Part shown: positions 49,101 to 58,283 of the stretch, in pieces | Layout: every line of letters begins with the position of its first letter | Numbering within the stretch: the stretch's first letter is position 1 | Origin: an uncultured delta proteobacterium | Lineage (GTDB): Bacteria > Myxococcota > Myxococcia > Myxococcales > Myxococcaceae | Direction of reading: 5' to 3' | DNA length: 64,000 nt | NCBI GenBank assembly: GCA_963771175.1 | Contig: CAVYSY010000039.1 | Location: 32,001-96,000 of the forward strand | Made by a program: the position numbers and the translations under genes | The notes under the pieces: generated by a model | Seen by the model: the letters and a program-made list of their open reading frames with translations, nothing else | What the model was told of the DNA's origin: nothing | Databases searched by the model: none

Positions 49101-52100
49101 GACTCCAGCAGGCTCCGCCGCTCCTGCGCCTGCCGCCGCAGCGAGGCGAGAGCAAGTCCGTCCCGCTTCGACTCGCGCAGCGTCTCCTCGATGGGGGCGA
49201 GCAACACGGGATGAGGGCTCACCTCGAGGAGCACGCTGTGGCCGTCTTCCAACAGCCGCTCGACGGCGCCATGGAACAGCACCGGCTCGCGCAGGTTGCT
49301 GACCCAGTAGGACGGATGGAAGTCGCTCCCATCGCCCGTCAGCCCCGTCACCGTGGAGTAGATGGGCACCGCCGCGCGCACGGGAGAGATTCCGTCGAGC
49401 ACGCGGAGGAGGTCCTCCTTCAGCGGGTCCATCTGCGGGCTGTGGGAGGCGACGTTCACCTTCACCCGGCGGCAGAAGACGCCCTGGCCCTCGAGCCGCC
49501 GCAGCAGCTCCTCCAGGGCCTCGGTGTCCCCGGAGAGCACCGTCGAGCGAGCGCTGTTGCTCACGCCAATGGAGAGCCGCGCCTCGTAGCCGGCCAGCGC
49601 CTCGCGGGCCTGCTCCAGACCGAGCTCCACCACGGCCATCGCCCCCTGCCCGCTCATGCGGCGCAGGAGGAGGCTGCGGCGGCAGATGATCCTCACCGCG
49701 TCCTCCAGGCTGAGCGCGCCCGCCACATGCGCCGCGGCCACCTCGCCCATGCTGTGGCCCACCACCGCATCGGGCTCGACGCCCCACGAGCGCCACAGCG
49801 CCGCCAGCGCCACCTGCATCGCGAACAGCACCGGCTGCACGACGTCGATCTCCTGCAGGCGCGAGCGCTGCTCGTCCGCGCCGAGCTCCTCCGTGAGCGA
49901 CCAGTCCACGTGGGACCGCATCGCCCGCTCGCAGGACTCGATCGCCGCCCGGAAGACCGGCTCCTCGCGCAGGAGCTGGCGGCCCATACCGAGCCACTGC
50001 GACCCCTGCCCCGGGAAGACGAAAGCGACCCGGGCCCGCCCCTCGGGGCTCACCCGGCCCTGGCTCACACCGGGACGGGCTTCGCCCCGTGCGAAGGCCT
50101 CCAGCGCCTCGGCCAGCTCCCGCCGCGAGCCGCCCACCACCGACAGGCGATGGGCATGATGGCTCCGCCGCACTCCCGCCGTGTAGGTGATGTCCTCGAG
50201 TGTCGCTCCCTCCGCGGCGCCGTCACCCAGGAAGTCACGGTAGGCCGCGGCCAGCGACTTCAGCGCCTCGGGGCTGCGCGCCGACAGGGGCAGGAGCCGC
50301 ACCGGCTCCTCACCGGGGGGAGCACTCTTGACCCCCTCTGCGCCTCCCAGGAAGATCGCCTCCCACCGGACCTGCTGGCCACGGGCATACAGGACGCCCA
50401 GCGTATCGAGCATCACGCCCCGCTCGTCCTCCTGTCGGCGGAGGGATGGGACGACGAGCCCCTGCTGGCCGGCATGCCGCAGGGTCGACTCGATGGAGTG
50501 TTTGACGATCGGGTGCGGGCCGACCTCCAGGAAGACGCGATGCCCCTCGCTGAGCGCGTGGGAGAGCGCGCCCGTGAAGAACACGGGCTCCGCGAAGTTC
50601 TTCGCCCAGTGGGCGGCATCGAAGCTCCCGCCCTCGAGCGGCGAGGCCGTGACCGTGGAGATGATGGGGATGAGTGCCCGGCCGGGACGGAGTCCCCGCA
50701 GGATCTCGGAGAGCTCGCCACGCAGCACATCGACCTGCGGGCTGTGCACCGCCACGTTGGTCTCCACCTGGCGGCAGAACACGCCTCGGTGTCGCAGGGA
50801 GGCGAACACCTCGACGAGCGCGCCCGGCTCACCGGCCAGCACCGTCGAGTCCGCGCTCGCGTCGATGGCGCGGCACAGACGGCCCTCGTAGCCAGCCAGG
50901 AGCTCGGCGGACTGCTCCCATGAGAGCCCCACGAGCCCCATCGCGCCCTGGCCACTGAGCCGGCTCAGCAGACGTCCCTGTGCGCAAATGACGCGCAGGG
51001 TGTCCTCGAGGCTCAGGATGCCCGCGACGTGCGCAGCCGAGACCTCGCCGATGCTGTGTCCCACCACCGCGACAGGCTCGATCCCCCAGGAGCGCCAGAG
51101 CGCCGCCAGCGCGATCTCCAGTGCCACGATCGCGGGGAAGGCGACATCGATCCGATCCAGCCGTGCCGCCGCGGCATCGGCGCTCAGCTCGGCCAGCAGT
51201 GACCAGCCCAGGTGCTCCCGGATGAGCCGATCGCACTGCTCCAGCGAGGCCCGGAACACCGGCTCGGTCCGTAGCAGAGCCCGCCCCATGCCAGGCCACT
51301 GAGAGCCCTGCCCCGAGAAGACGAAGACCGGCTTCTGGGAGTGCTCGGACTCCACCTGCCCCGTCGACAGCCCCGCCCTCGCCTCACCCCGAAGGAAGCT
51401 CGTGAGGTGCTCCCGAAGCTCCTTCCGGGAGCGGACGGTCATCGCCATGCGATGAGCGGACCCGCCGACGTGGGCCGCGGCCGAGCGGCAGAGCTCGGAC
51501 AGTGGCACCTGCTCCCCGACGACCTCGAGGCGCTCGAGCAGCCGCTGCGCCGCCCCGCGGAGGGCCTCTGGAGTCTCGCCAGAGAGGGGGACGAGCTCCG
51601 CCCGGGGCGCGCCCGGCTCCTCGACCACGACGTGACAGTTCGCGCCACCGAATCCGAAGGAGCTGACTCCCGCGATGAGCTTCCGCTCCGGCTCGGGCCA
51701 GGGTCCGAGGGTGCGCTGGACCTCCAGACGCAGATCCGCGAAGGGGATGTGCGGGTTGGGCGTCTCGAAGTGGAGACTCGGCGGGAGCGCGCGGTGCTTG
51801 ATGGACAGCGCGACCTTGATCAGCCCCGCGATGCCCGCGGCGGCCTCCAGGTGCCCGATGTTGGTCTTGCAGGAGCCGATGTGCAGCGGCCTGTCGGCGG
51901 ACCGCCCCGCGCCGAGCACCTCGCCCAGGGCGCGGGCCTCCATCGGATCCCCGAGCTGCGTGCCGGTGCCATGCGCCTCGACGTACTGCACCTCGGACGG
52001 CTCGATGCCAGCACGCGCATAGGCCACGCGGAGCAGCTCCTCCTGGGCCTTGGGGTTGGGCGCGGTGAGGCCGTTGCTTCCGCCGTTGTTGTTGATGACG

Positions 52101-53197
52101 CTGCCGCGGATGACGCAGTAGATGGGATCGCCATCCGCGATGGCCTGGGAGAGGGGCTTGAGCACGACCACGCCCGCCCCCTCGCCACGCACGTACCCGT
52201 TGGCGCGCGCGTCAAAGGAGAAGCAGCGCCCATCGGGCGAGAGGGCGCCGACCTTGGACATTCCAACCGTGCTGTCGGGCGCGATGTTCAGATTCACGCC
52301 GCCCGCGAGGGCGAGCGTCGACTCGCCCCTGCGCAGGCTCTCGCAGGCCAGGTGCACCGCCGCGAGCGACGAGGAGCACGCCGTGTCGATGGCCAGACTC
52401 GGGCCCCGGAGACCCAGCACATAGGAGACGCGGTTGGCGATGATGCTGTGGTGGAACCCCGTCGCCGTGTGCTGGGAGATGCGCCGCAAGCCGAGCCGCT
52501 GCAACAGGGTCTCGTAATCCGTCCAGATCACCCCAAAACATACAGCCGTGGGCGAGCCTTGCAGGTGCTCCGCCGCGATCCCCGCGTCCTCCAACGCCTC
52601 CCAGGTCAACTCCAGCATGAGCCGCTGTTGCGGATCCATGTGGAGCGCCTCCTTGGGCGAGATGCCGAAGAAGAGGGGATCAAACCCATCCACCCGCTCG
52701 AGGAATCCACCCCAGCGGGTGTTTGCCTTGCCGGCCGCGGAGAGGTCGCTATCGTAGAGCCGCTCGGCGTCCCACCGATCGGGAGGGACTTCCGTGATGG
52801 CATCGCTCCCACCCGCGAGCAGACGCCAGAACGCCGAGGGATCCGGTGCCTTGGGATAGCGGCACGCCAGGCCGACAATGGCGATGGGCTCATCCGCCGA
52901 GGAAAAACGAGACATGGGCCGCGGAGCTGCAGCCACCTGCTCTCCGGCGAGATACCGGGCCAGGGCATCGAGAGTGGGATACTCCCAGACGAGCGTGGGT
53001 GACAACGAGCGCCCGAGCATCGCACCGATCTCGGCAATGAAAGCCGTTGCCTTCAATGAGTCGAGCCCATACCGGCTGAAGCGCTCGCGCACGTCGAGCG
53101 TACGCGCTTCAATCCCCAACCGTTGAGCGAGGGCAACAGCCAGACGCGCCTGCACCTCAGCTAAACCATTTCCCAGCAATCCGTCTTGCGCCGACAC
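46154..53197 (-). CDS. mxaF: Loading module plus module 1: ACP-KS-AT(load)-AT(methylmalonyl)-DH-KR-ACP (MxaF-like)
   Basis: N-terminal ACP YGLDSL; KS DTACSSS; tandem ATs (GHSIG/VAVHS, then GHSMG/VASHS); DH HCVWGEIVFP; KR LED; ACP GLDSL. This intertwined loading architecture is typical of myxobacteria. Confidence 0.92.
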   Translation of the reverse strand: MSAQDGLLGNGLAEVQARLAVALAQRLGIEARTLDVRERFSRYGLDSLKATAFIAEIGAMLGRSLSPTLVWEYPTLDALARYLAGEQVAAAPRPMSRFSSADEPIAIVGLACRYPKAPDPSAFWRLLAGGSDAITEVPPDRWDAERLYDSDLSAAGKANTRWGGFLERVDGFDPLFFGISPKEALHMDPQQRLMLELTWEALEDAGIAAEHLQGSPTAVCFGVIWTDYETLLQRLGLRRISQHTATGFHHSIIANRVSYVLGLRGPSLAIDTACSSSLAAVHLACESLRRGESTLALAGGVNLNIAPDSTVGMSKVGALSPDGRCFSFDARANGYVRGEGAGVVVLKPLSQAIADGDPIYCVIRGSVINNNGGSNGLTAPNPKAQEELLRVAYARAGIEPSEVQYVEAHGTGTQLGDPMEARALGEVLGAGRSADRPLHIGSCKTNIGHLEAAAGIAGLIKVALSIKHRALPPSLHFETPNPHIPFADLRLEVQRTLGPWPEPERKLIAGVSSFGFGGANCHVVVEEPGAPRAELVPLSGETPEALRGAAQRLLERLEVVGEQVPLSELCRSAAAHVGGSAHRMAMTVRSRKELREHLTSFLRGEARAGLSTGQVESEHSQKPVFVFSGQGSQWPGMGRALLRTEPVFRASLEQCDRLIREHLGWSLLAELSADAAAARLDRIDVAFPAIVALEIALAALWRSWGIEPVAVVGHSIGEVSAAHVAGILSLEDTLRVICAQGRLLSRLSGQGAMGLVGLSWEQSAELLAGYEGRLCRAIDASADSTVLAGEPGALVEVFASLRHRGVFCRQVETNVAVHSPQVDVLRGELSEILRGLRPGRALIPIISTVTASPLEGGSFDAAHWAKNFAEPVFFTGALSHALSEGHRVFLEVGPHPIVKHSIESTLRHAGQQGLVVPSLRRQEDERGVMLDTLGVLYARGQQVRWEAIFLGGAEGVKSAPPGEEPVRLLPLSARSPEALKSLAAAYRDFLGDGAAEGATLEDITYTAGVRRSHHAHRLSVVGGSRRELAEALEAFARGEARPGVSQGRVSPEGRARVAFVFPGQGSQWLGMGRQLLREEPVFRAAIESCERAMRSHVDWSLTEELGADEQRSRLQEIDVVQPVLFAMQVALAALWRSWGVEPDAVVGHSMGEVAAAHVAGALSLEDAVRIICRRSLLLRRMSGQGAMAVVELGLEQAREALAGYEARLSIGVSNSARSTVLSGDTEALEELLRRLEGQGVFCRRVKVNVASHSPQMDPLKEDLLRVLDGISPVRAAVPIYSTVTGLTGDGSDFHPSYWVSNLREPVLFHGAVERLLEDGHSVLLEVSPHPVLLAPIEETLRESKRDGLALASLRRQAQERRSLLESLAALYARGGSVDWKKLHPSGGRVVALPMYPWQRERYWLVDEAEAASRHVSAAREGGPGHPLLGGSLSSSVQPGTHFWERAVSTEAFPYLSDHCVWGEIVFPGAGYVEMALSAGAEVLGESGLVLENVSISEMLAIEPEGERLAQVVLSEEGAGRASFQISSRAAGDKTWRKHAAGSLRREDGAALELTAEPPELLRERLEVAVSSEAHYQRRQEQGLAYGPAFQSLRQLWRSEREGLASLELPEQVSSGSEAYRLHPSLLDACLQVAVELVSPAEAAPATVGTHVPVGFGRMRLFQRPGRAAWVWVKALGDASASEREHAFDIRLLDDQGHVLMELEGLRVYRLEAGAAVRKELGEWTYQVDWESQSLPAELPWPARSPGSWLILGDSGGVGQRLSALLRARGETCVLVSPGETYRLGDALGAGAPPCRGVVHLWSLDCASNDALTPSTLESARRLSITSVLHLVQALSQTSWRDPPRLWLATRGARSVGKEPERVNVAQAPLWGLGQVLALEQPELRCTRVDLEGGADECANALLRELSSTAFEDQVAWRGGTRLVARLSRAADALVAREPATFLRADGTYLITGGLGGLGLEVARWLVTHGARHLLLLGRRAPSAEAERTLAELRQAGAHVEPFQADVALPGDVARALARVDEAMPPLRGVFHAAGLLEDGLLVNLTEERFASVMAPKVLGTWNLHAQTRHLPLELFVLFSSATSLLGTPGQANYSAANAFMDALAHARRAEGLPALSINWGTWTNVGLAAAQANRGERLEARGLRGMPPDKALVALGMLLGQGRPQVGVMALEPRQWLGFYLAAAQSPFFTRLSQERTGKPAVELGRSRIREQLEAARGSERRALLEHHLREQIGGVLRMEPARIEPRTPLGSLGLDSLMSMEIRNRLEAALGLKLSATLVWTYPTLAALTPFLAEKLGLPLEDKGSEPQAAVAPSPAPPSAEPGSEIDEMSEEEVERLFAQRMAQGK

Positions 53198-53400
53198 TTG
53201 AACCCCATCTCAAGCCGACAAACCCAAACGCAGCGCTTGAATGCAACCAGGCAACAATCCTGCTACCGGCACAAACGTGAAAAACACTTAAAACATGCCC
53301 ACCAAAACGTCAAGTATTGTTGGAGACCTTCTTCAGCAGTTTGAGATGGGAGTTCGTCTAATGGGCTTCATCGTAACGCCCATCTATCTATCACTGCATA
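53198..53400 (-). promoter_or_regulatory. AT-rich leader/promoter region of the mxa operon
   Basis: Low-GC stretch directly upstream of mxaF; minus-strand TTGACG (53313-53308) with a 17-nt spacer to a weak -10 TAAGTG (53290-53285); repeated AGATGGG motifs. Confidence 0.4.
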
Positions 53401-53624
53401 AGGAGCGCCAACGCCGATCTCTCCGGAATTCGAGGCATGGAGACTGGCCGTAGCGCAGTCCTTGCGGCGGATCCCGGCGAAGGCGCAGCATTTGCGCACC
53501 CGTCCCGAGGGTGACAAGGCTACCGCCATCCTCCGCGCCGAGGGCCGCGCGGTCGTCTCTTACAAGTCGTTAACCGGACTCTCTGAAAATGATTAAAAGG
53601 GGCGCTCTTGCATGCCGCGCTCCA

Positions 53625-53827
53625 GCCTCAACTACGTGCGCGCGGACACCGAGGTCGAGAAGACACTCGCGACGCTCCGGGGGCTGGGTGCGCGAGCGTG
53701 GGCGTTCAAGCGCTCCGTGCTGGACCGGGGCCGGCCTGCAAGAGATGGTGCGCACGCTGGAGCGCGAGGCGGGCATGGTGGACGTGCTCGTGAACAACGC
53801 GGGCATCTGCCAGACGGAGGGGTGTGA
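53625..53827 (+). pseudogene. Remnant of a FabG-like short-chain dehydrogenase
   Basis: Two frames join into LNYVRADTEVEKTLATLRGLGARAWAFK...SVLDR/AGLQEMVRTLEREAGMVDVLVNNAGI; no N-terminal TGxxxGIG and no YxxxK. Confidence 0.65.
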
Positions 53828-53829
53828 GC

Positions 53830-54024
53830 ATGGACGAGAAGCCGCCGGATCCGCTGCCCTTCCCGACGAGTCTCTGTCACCGCTGCGCCGCGCCGCCCCG
53901 GTACGTGCGGACGAAGACGTCCACCTTCATCATGTGCCCGCTGCTGCCACAGAAGTACGCGCCCCAGCCGGTGCTCCGGTGCCCGCTCTTCCGGCCGAAG
54001 TCGCCGGACACGGAGCAGAAGTAG
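53830..54024 (+). CDS. Small (64 aa) Cys/Pro-rich hypothetical protein, possible metal-binding
   Basis: GGAGGGG RBS, GC-rich third positions, CxxC...C...C pattern (SLCHRC, FIMCP, LRCP). Confidence 0.6.
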   Translation: MDEKPPDPLPFPTSLCHRCAAPPRYVRTKTSTFIMCPLLPQKYAPQPVLRCPLFRPKSPDTEQK

Positions 54025-54190
54025 TCGAGGGCAGAGCATGCACCGTCCTGGAATAGCGGAGTGAACTGGCGAATCGTGGACAGACCCGCCCCCGGGTGCA
54101 CTCCGTGTCTCGGGGCAGGAGGAGCATCATGCGGGTGCTCGCGGGTCTGCAGCCACGCCGACCGGAACCCGCATCCCCAGGAGGTGTTCC

Positions 54191-54373
54191 ATGAAGCCGT
54201 CCCTTGCGGCCCTCGCTTTCGGAGTCCTGTTCTCCGGCTGTGCCGTGCGCTCCCCGCAAGCAGCGCTCCTGCCCACCCCGCCGCGATCGCTCGCGCCCGC
54301 CACTCTGGCACCTGCCTCAGGCCGGGGCGACCTCGACGGCGCCTCCGGGTTCCACCGTCACCCGCACCGGTAG
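54191..54373 (+). CDS. Short lipoprotein-like ORF or truncated gene start, overlapping the rtcA 3' end
   Basis: GGAGGTG RBS and MKPSLAALAFGVLFSGC lipoprotein signal; last 57 nt are antisense to rtcA. Confidence 0.3.
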   Translation: MKPSLAALAFGVLFSGCAVRSPQAALLPTPPRSLAPATLAPASGRGDLDGASGFHRHPHR

Positions 54374-55390
54374 GAACCGCTCGAGGAGTCGCGCATGCGT
54401 GGTGAGGTGCTCGGTCACCCGCTCCGTCGTGTAGCGCGTGGTCCCCGGTGACGCCGGGCCCAGCTTCCCCGCGGCCAGCAGCGCCGCTGGCAGGAGGATC
54501 TGATCCCCGAGGTGCTCGTCCAGCGCGCCCCCGCTCTCCATGAAGCGCACCACCTCCTCCGCCGCCTCGCGGCCCACCTCCTCCGCCGGACGCCCCCGCG
54601 CCCCCAGCGCCGTGAAGCCGGCGATGGTGTTCTCGAACTGCGCCAGGATGAACGTCACCGTCCCCACCGAGCGCGTCGTCGCCAGGGGCCGGTTCTCCGC
54701 GTGGCTGTAGATGCCCCGCTCGCGAAGCGCCGCCACCGCCGCCTTGGACTGCCGCTCCGCGATGCCGAAGGGCAGTCCGCCCACGAACGAGCCCACCGAG
54801 ATGTCCCGCAGTGTCCCGCGCGCGGGCAATTCCACCCGCCGCGGGGGCTCGCGCAGGGGACCCACCTCGGCGATGAACTCCCCCGCCCCTTCCGGGTAGA
54901 AGCCCGCATGCACCAGGCGCAGCGAGGCACTCATCCCGTACGCCTGCGCCACCGGGAGCCACACGCCCACGAGGTAGTGGTAGCTGGGGCTGTGCGGTAG
55001 GTGCGTCCCTCCGCGCAGGGTCAGCGAGCCGCCCCCCGCCAGCGCCAGCGGATAGAAGAGGCACTGGAAGAGCAACGGCGTGCTCCCCGCGGTCCCTACC
55101 TCCAGCACGTAGTCGCCCGGACGTACCGTCCCCGGCTCGAAGCGCAGCTCCGAGGCCCCCACCTCGGCACCCTCGCTCCGCCCTCCGCTCAGGGCCTCCG
55201 CGCCTCGCACGCAGGCGAGGTGCTGGGGCCGCAGTCCCGAGGGCTGGCGGTTGGCCCGCACGCGCGTCATGTGGAAGGGCCGTCCGGTGATGAGCGACAG
55301 CGAGAGCGCCGAGCGGAGGATCTGCCCTCCTCCCTCGCCCTCGCTTCCATCGAGCTCCACCGGCCCGTCGTGGCGGTCGGTCCCAGCCAT
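54317..55390 (-). CDS. rtcA: RNA 3'-terminal phosphate cyclase
   Basis: LDGSEGEGGGQILRSALSLS, GLRPQHL, GFYPEGAG and the active-site His motif DEHLGDQILLP; GGAGGGG RBS. Confidence 0.93.
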   Translation of the reverse strand: MAGTDRHDGPVELDGSEGEGGGQILRSALSLSLITGRPFHMTRVRANRQPSGLRPQHLACVRGAEALSGGRSEGAEVGASELRFEPGTVRPGDYVLEVGTAGSTPLLFQCLFYPLALAGGGSLTLRGGTHLPHSPSYHYLVGVWLPVAQAYGMSASLRLVHAGFYPEGAGEFIAEVGPLREPPRRVELPARGTLRDISVGSFVGGLPFGIAERQSKAAVAALRERGIYSHAENRPLATTRSVGTVTFILAQFENTIAGFTALGARGRPAEEVGREAAEEVVRFMESGGALDEHLGDQILLPAALLAAGKLGPASPGTTRYTTERVTEHLTTHARLLERFLPVRVTVEPGGAVEVAPA

Positions 55391-55457
55391 GCCCCTCCCC
55401 CTCCGAAATGAGGTGGGCGCAGCCTAGCAGAAGGCTTTCGGCTACTGTCCGCCCGCC

Positions 55458-56705
55458 GTGGCCCTCGTCATCTTCCTGTTCACCTACGTCTTCATCGCAG
55501 GCATCAAGCTCCCTTTCCCCAAGCTGGATCGCCCCGGAGGCGCGCTCGTGGGCGCCGTCCTCATGGTGGTGGCCGGCATCGTCGCCCCCTCCGAGGTCTT
55601 CAACTACAGCTCCGACCCCGCCCGGCACGCCGTGGACATGGACACGCTCGTGCTGCTGCTGGGGATGATGCTGCTCGCGGACTATCTCTCCCAGGCAGCC
55701 TTCTTCCGCGCCGCTGGAGCCTGGGCGCTCCGCCTGGCCCACACGCCCCGGCGGCTCCTCGTGGCGGTGGCCTGCATCAGCGCCTTCCTCTCCGCCTTCC
55801 TCGTCAACGACACCATCTGCCTGATGCTCACCCCGCTCGTGCTGGTAGTGGTCGAGGACGCGCGTCTGCCCCCCATCCCGTACCTGCTGGCCGTCTGCAT
55901 GGCCTCCAACGCGGGCTCGGTCGCCACCTTCACCGGCAATCCGCAGAACATGCTCATCCAGGGCGCCTCCGGGCTGCCCTATGCCCAGTTCGTCGCCTAC
56001 ATGGCGCTGCCGGCCGTGCTCTCCACCGGAGTGGTCATCGCGGGGCTCCTCTACGTCTTCCGCAAGGAGCTCACCCAGGAGCGCTTCGAGCCACACCCGC
56101 CCCCGCCTCCCGTGGATCGGCCGCTGCTGGGGCTCACGCTCGTCACGCTCCTCGGGGTGGTCGCGGCCTTCTTCGCGGGCCTGCCCATGAGCTGGAGCGC
56201 CCTCACCGGCGCCGCCGTGGTGATGACCCTGGCCCGCCGCCACCCGCGTCAGGCCATCGAGCGCGTGGACTACGTCCTGCTGCTCTTCTTCGCCTGTCTC
56301 TTCGTCGTGGTGTACGGCGTCAACAAGGCGGGCTGGGCCGATGACATCTACCGCGTCTTCTCGCCCTTCATGTCCGGGCCGCCCTGGCGCGAGACGCTCG
56401 GCTTCGCGGGGCTGACGCTGGTGGCCTCGAACCTCTTCAGCAACGTGCCCTTCGTCATGCTCGCGCGCGCCTGGGTGCCCACGCTGCATGATCCCGTGCT
56501 CGGCTGGCACGTGCTGGCGCTCGGGTCCACCCTGGCCGGCAACCTCACACTGGTGGGCAGCGTGGCCAACCTCATCGTCTTCGAGGCCGCGCGGGGCAAG
56601 GCGGAGATCAGCTTCCTCGGCTACCTCCGCGTCGGCCTCCCCATCACGCTCATCAGCTTCGTGCTGGGGCTCGCGGTGCTCCTCGCGGAGCACGCGCTGT
56701 TCTGA
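55458..56705 (+). CDS. ArsB/NhaD/CitMHS (SLC13-like) anion transporter
   Basis: Many hydrophobic helices; SAFLVND, SNAGSVATFTGNPQN, SNLFSNVP and STLAGNLTLVGSVANLI family motifs. Confidence 0.88.
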   Translation: MALVIFLFTYVFIAGIKLPFPKLDRPGGALVGAVLMVVAGIVAPSEVFNYSSDPARHAVDMDTLVLLLGMMLLADYLSQAAFFRAAGAWALRLAHTPRRLLVAVACISAFLSAFLVNDTICLMLTPLVLVVVEDARLPPIPYLLAVCMASNAGSVATFTGNPQNMLIQGASGLPYAQFVAYMALPAVLSTGVVIAGLLYVFRKELTQERFEPHPPPPPVDRPLLGLTLVTLLGVVAAFFAGLPMSWSALTGAAVVMTLARRHPRQAIERVDYVLLLFFACLFVVVYGVNKAGWADDIYRVFSPFMSGPPWRETLGFAGLTLVASNLFSNVPFVMLARAWVPTLHDPVLGWHVLALGSTLAGNLTLVGSVANLIVFEAARGKAEISFLGYLRVGLPITLISFVLGLAVLLAEHALF

Positions 56706-56708
56706 GGG

Positions 56709-57543
56709 CTACGGATCCGGGTCCGGCAGCTCGCCAGGCGCCAACTCGGGCTGGGCGGGCTGCGCGGGAGCCGGTGCCTCGCGGCCGGTGCGGTTCACGC
56801 TGTCCGGCTCGGACACCTCGGAGCCCTCGGGCAGCGGCGTGCCGCCCTTGCGATCCTTCGGGGTCAGACTCTGCGCGAACTGCTCCGCCAGCACGTCCAG
56901 CATCTCCGTCATCTGCTGGCGGAACAGCGAGGGCTCCTTGCCCACCTTGAAGGGATCCAGGTGCTCGGTGCCCTCGGAGACCCGATCCACCCGGAACGGA
57001 TGGCGCCAGATCTCCGCGCGCCCCTTGAGCTTGAACATCCGCGCATAGCCCTGGATGTACGAGCCCGCCCGGCCGTCATCGCTCCGCATGCCGTAGTCCT
57101 GGATCACGAACTCCACCACCGTGTCCGTGCCCAGCGGCGCCAGCAGATCGTAATCCGGGGCGTTCGCCGGCACCTCCTCCACCAGGAAGCTCTCCAGCAC
57201 CGTCGCCACCCGCGCCGGATCCAGCGTGTTCACCCAGGGCCGGTCCTGCGGCAGCTGCCGGAACGTGTTCACCCGCAGGCGCTCGGAGACCTCGAAGCGC
57301 GTCACCGCCGCGGTCAGCTTCGCCTGCAGCCGGCGATCCGCCTCCTTCGGCTCCAGCTTCTTCAGCTTGTCCTTGTACGCGCCGTCCTCCCGGAACACGA
57401 GGCTCCGCGGACCGGCATCGAGCTCGATGCCGGGAGATGAAGGCGGGCCGCGAGACCCGATCCAGGTCCGCACCCGACAGCCGCTGCGAGGCGCAACCCG
57501 CGGCGAGCAGCGCCAGGACTACGAGGAATGAGTTCCGCACCAT
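56709..57543 (-). CDS. Hypothetical lipoprotein; one frameshift near 57430
   Basis: GAGGGGG RBS; MVRNSFLVVLALLAAGC lipobox in ORF 57076-57579 continues after a 1-nt insertion as IELDAGPRSLVF... in ORF 56709-57473. Confidence 0.7.
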
Positions 57544-57677
57544 TTCCCCCTCATACCGCAGGTCTCTGCATCCACCCAACTCACGATGTTGGGGAGACGA
57601 CCCTTCCCCCTGCTCCCTTCCAGAGCGAGCGGGGGTCCTGTTCGTGAGGTGACTGGCGGCCGCTTATAAAAGCCACC

Positions 57678-58274
57678 ATGCGAATCCTCCTCATTGGCGC
57701 GACTGGAACCATTGGCAGTGCAATCGCCGCGGCGCTTCGCGGTCGTCACGAGGTCATCGAGGTGAGCCACAAGAAGACGGCTCTCACGGTGGATCTCGCG
57801 GATCCGGAGTCGATCCGCGCGATGTACAAGAAGGTCGGAAAGGTCGACGCGGTGGTGACCGCTGCGGGTGCGGCGAAGTTCGCGCCGCTGGAGAAGCTGT
57901 CGGATGATGACTTCCGGTTCTCCCTGAACAACAAGCTGATGGGACAGGTGAACGTCGTCCGGTTCGGGTTCGATTTCGTGAACGACGGCGGCTCCTTCAC
58001 GGTGACGAGCGGGGTGCTCGCTCAGCAGCCCATGAAGGGGAGCGGGGCGATCAGCCTCGTGAACTCCGGGCTGGAGGGGTTCACTCGCGCGGCGGCGCTC
58101 GAGGCTCCGCGGAACATTCGCGTCAACTGCGTCAGCCCGCCGTGGGTGAGCGAGACGCTGAAGGCGATGGGACAGGATCCCTCGGGCGGTGTTCCGGCGG
58201 AGGTCGTCGCCCGGTCCTATGTGCGGGCGATCGAAGGGAGGGAATCGGGGCTGGTGATCGCCGTCGGCAAATAG
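57678..58274 (+). CDS. Short (about 200 aa) atypical short-chain dehydrogenase/reductase
   Basis: IGATGTIG Rossmann motif, NKLMGQVN, IRVNCVSP. Confidence 0.88.
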   Translation: MRILLIGATGTIGSAIAAALRGRHEVIEVSHKKTALTVDLADPESIRAMYKKVGKVDAVVTAAGAAKFAPLEKLSDDDFRFSLNNKLMGQVNVVRFGFDFVNDGGSFTVTSGVLAQQPMKGSGAISLVNSGLEGFTRAAALEAPRNIRVNCVSPPWVSETLKAMGQDPSGGVPAEVVARSYVRAIEGRESGLVIAVGK

Positions 58275-58283
58275 TGGCGAGCC

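Noticed and set aside
53877..56693. 938-aa minus-strand ORF
   Set aside because: Shadow of the transporter gene and an alternative frame over rtcA; no coherent domain
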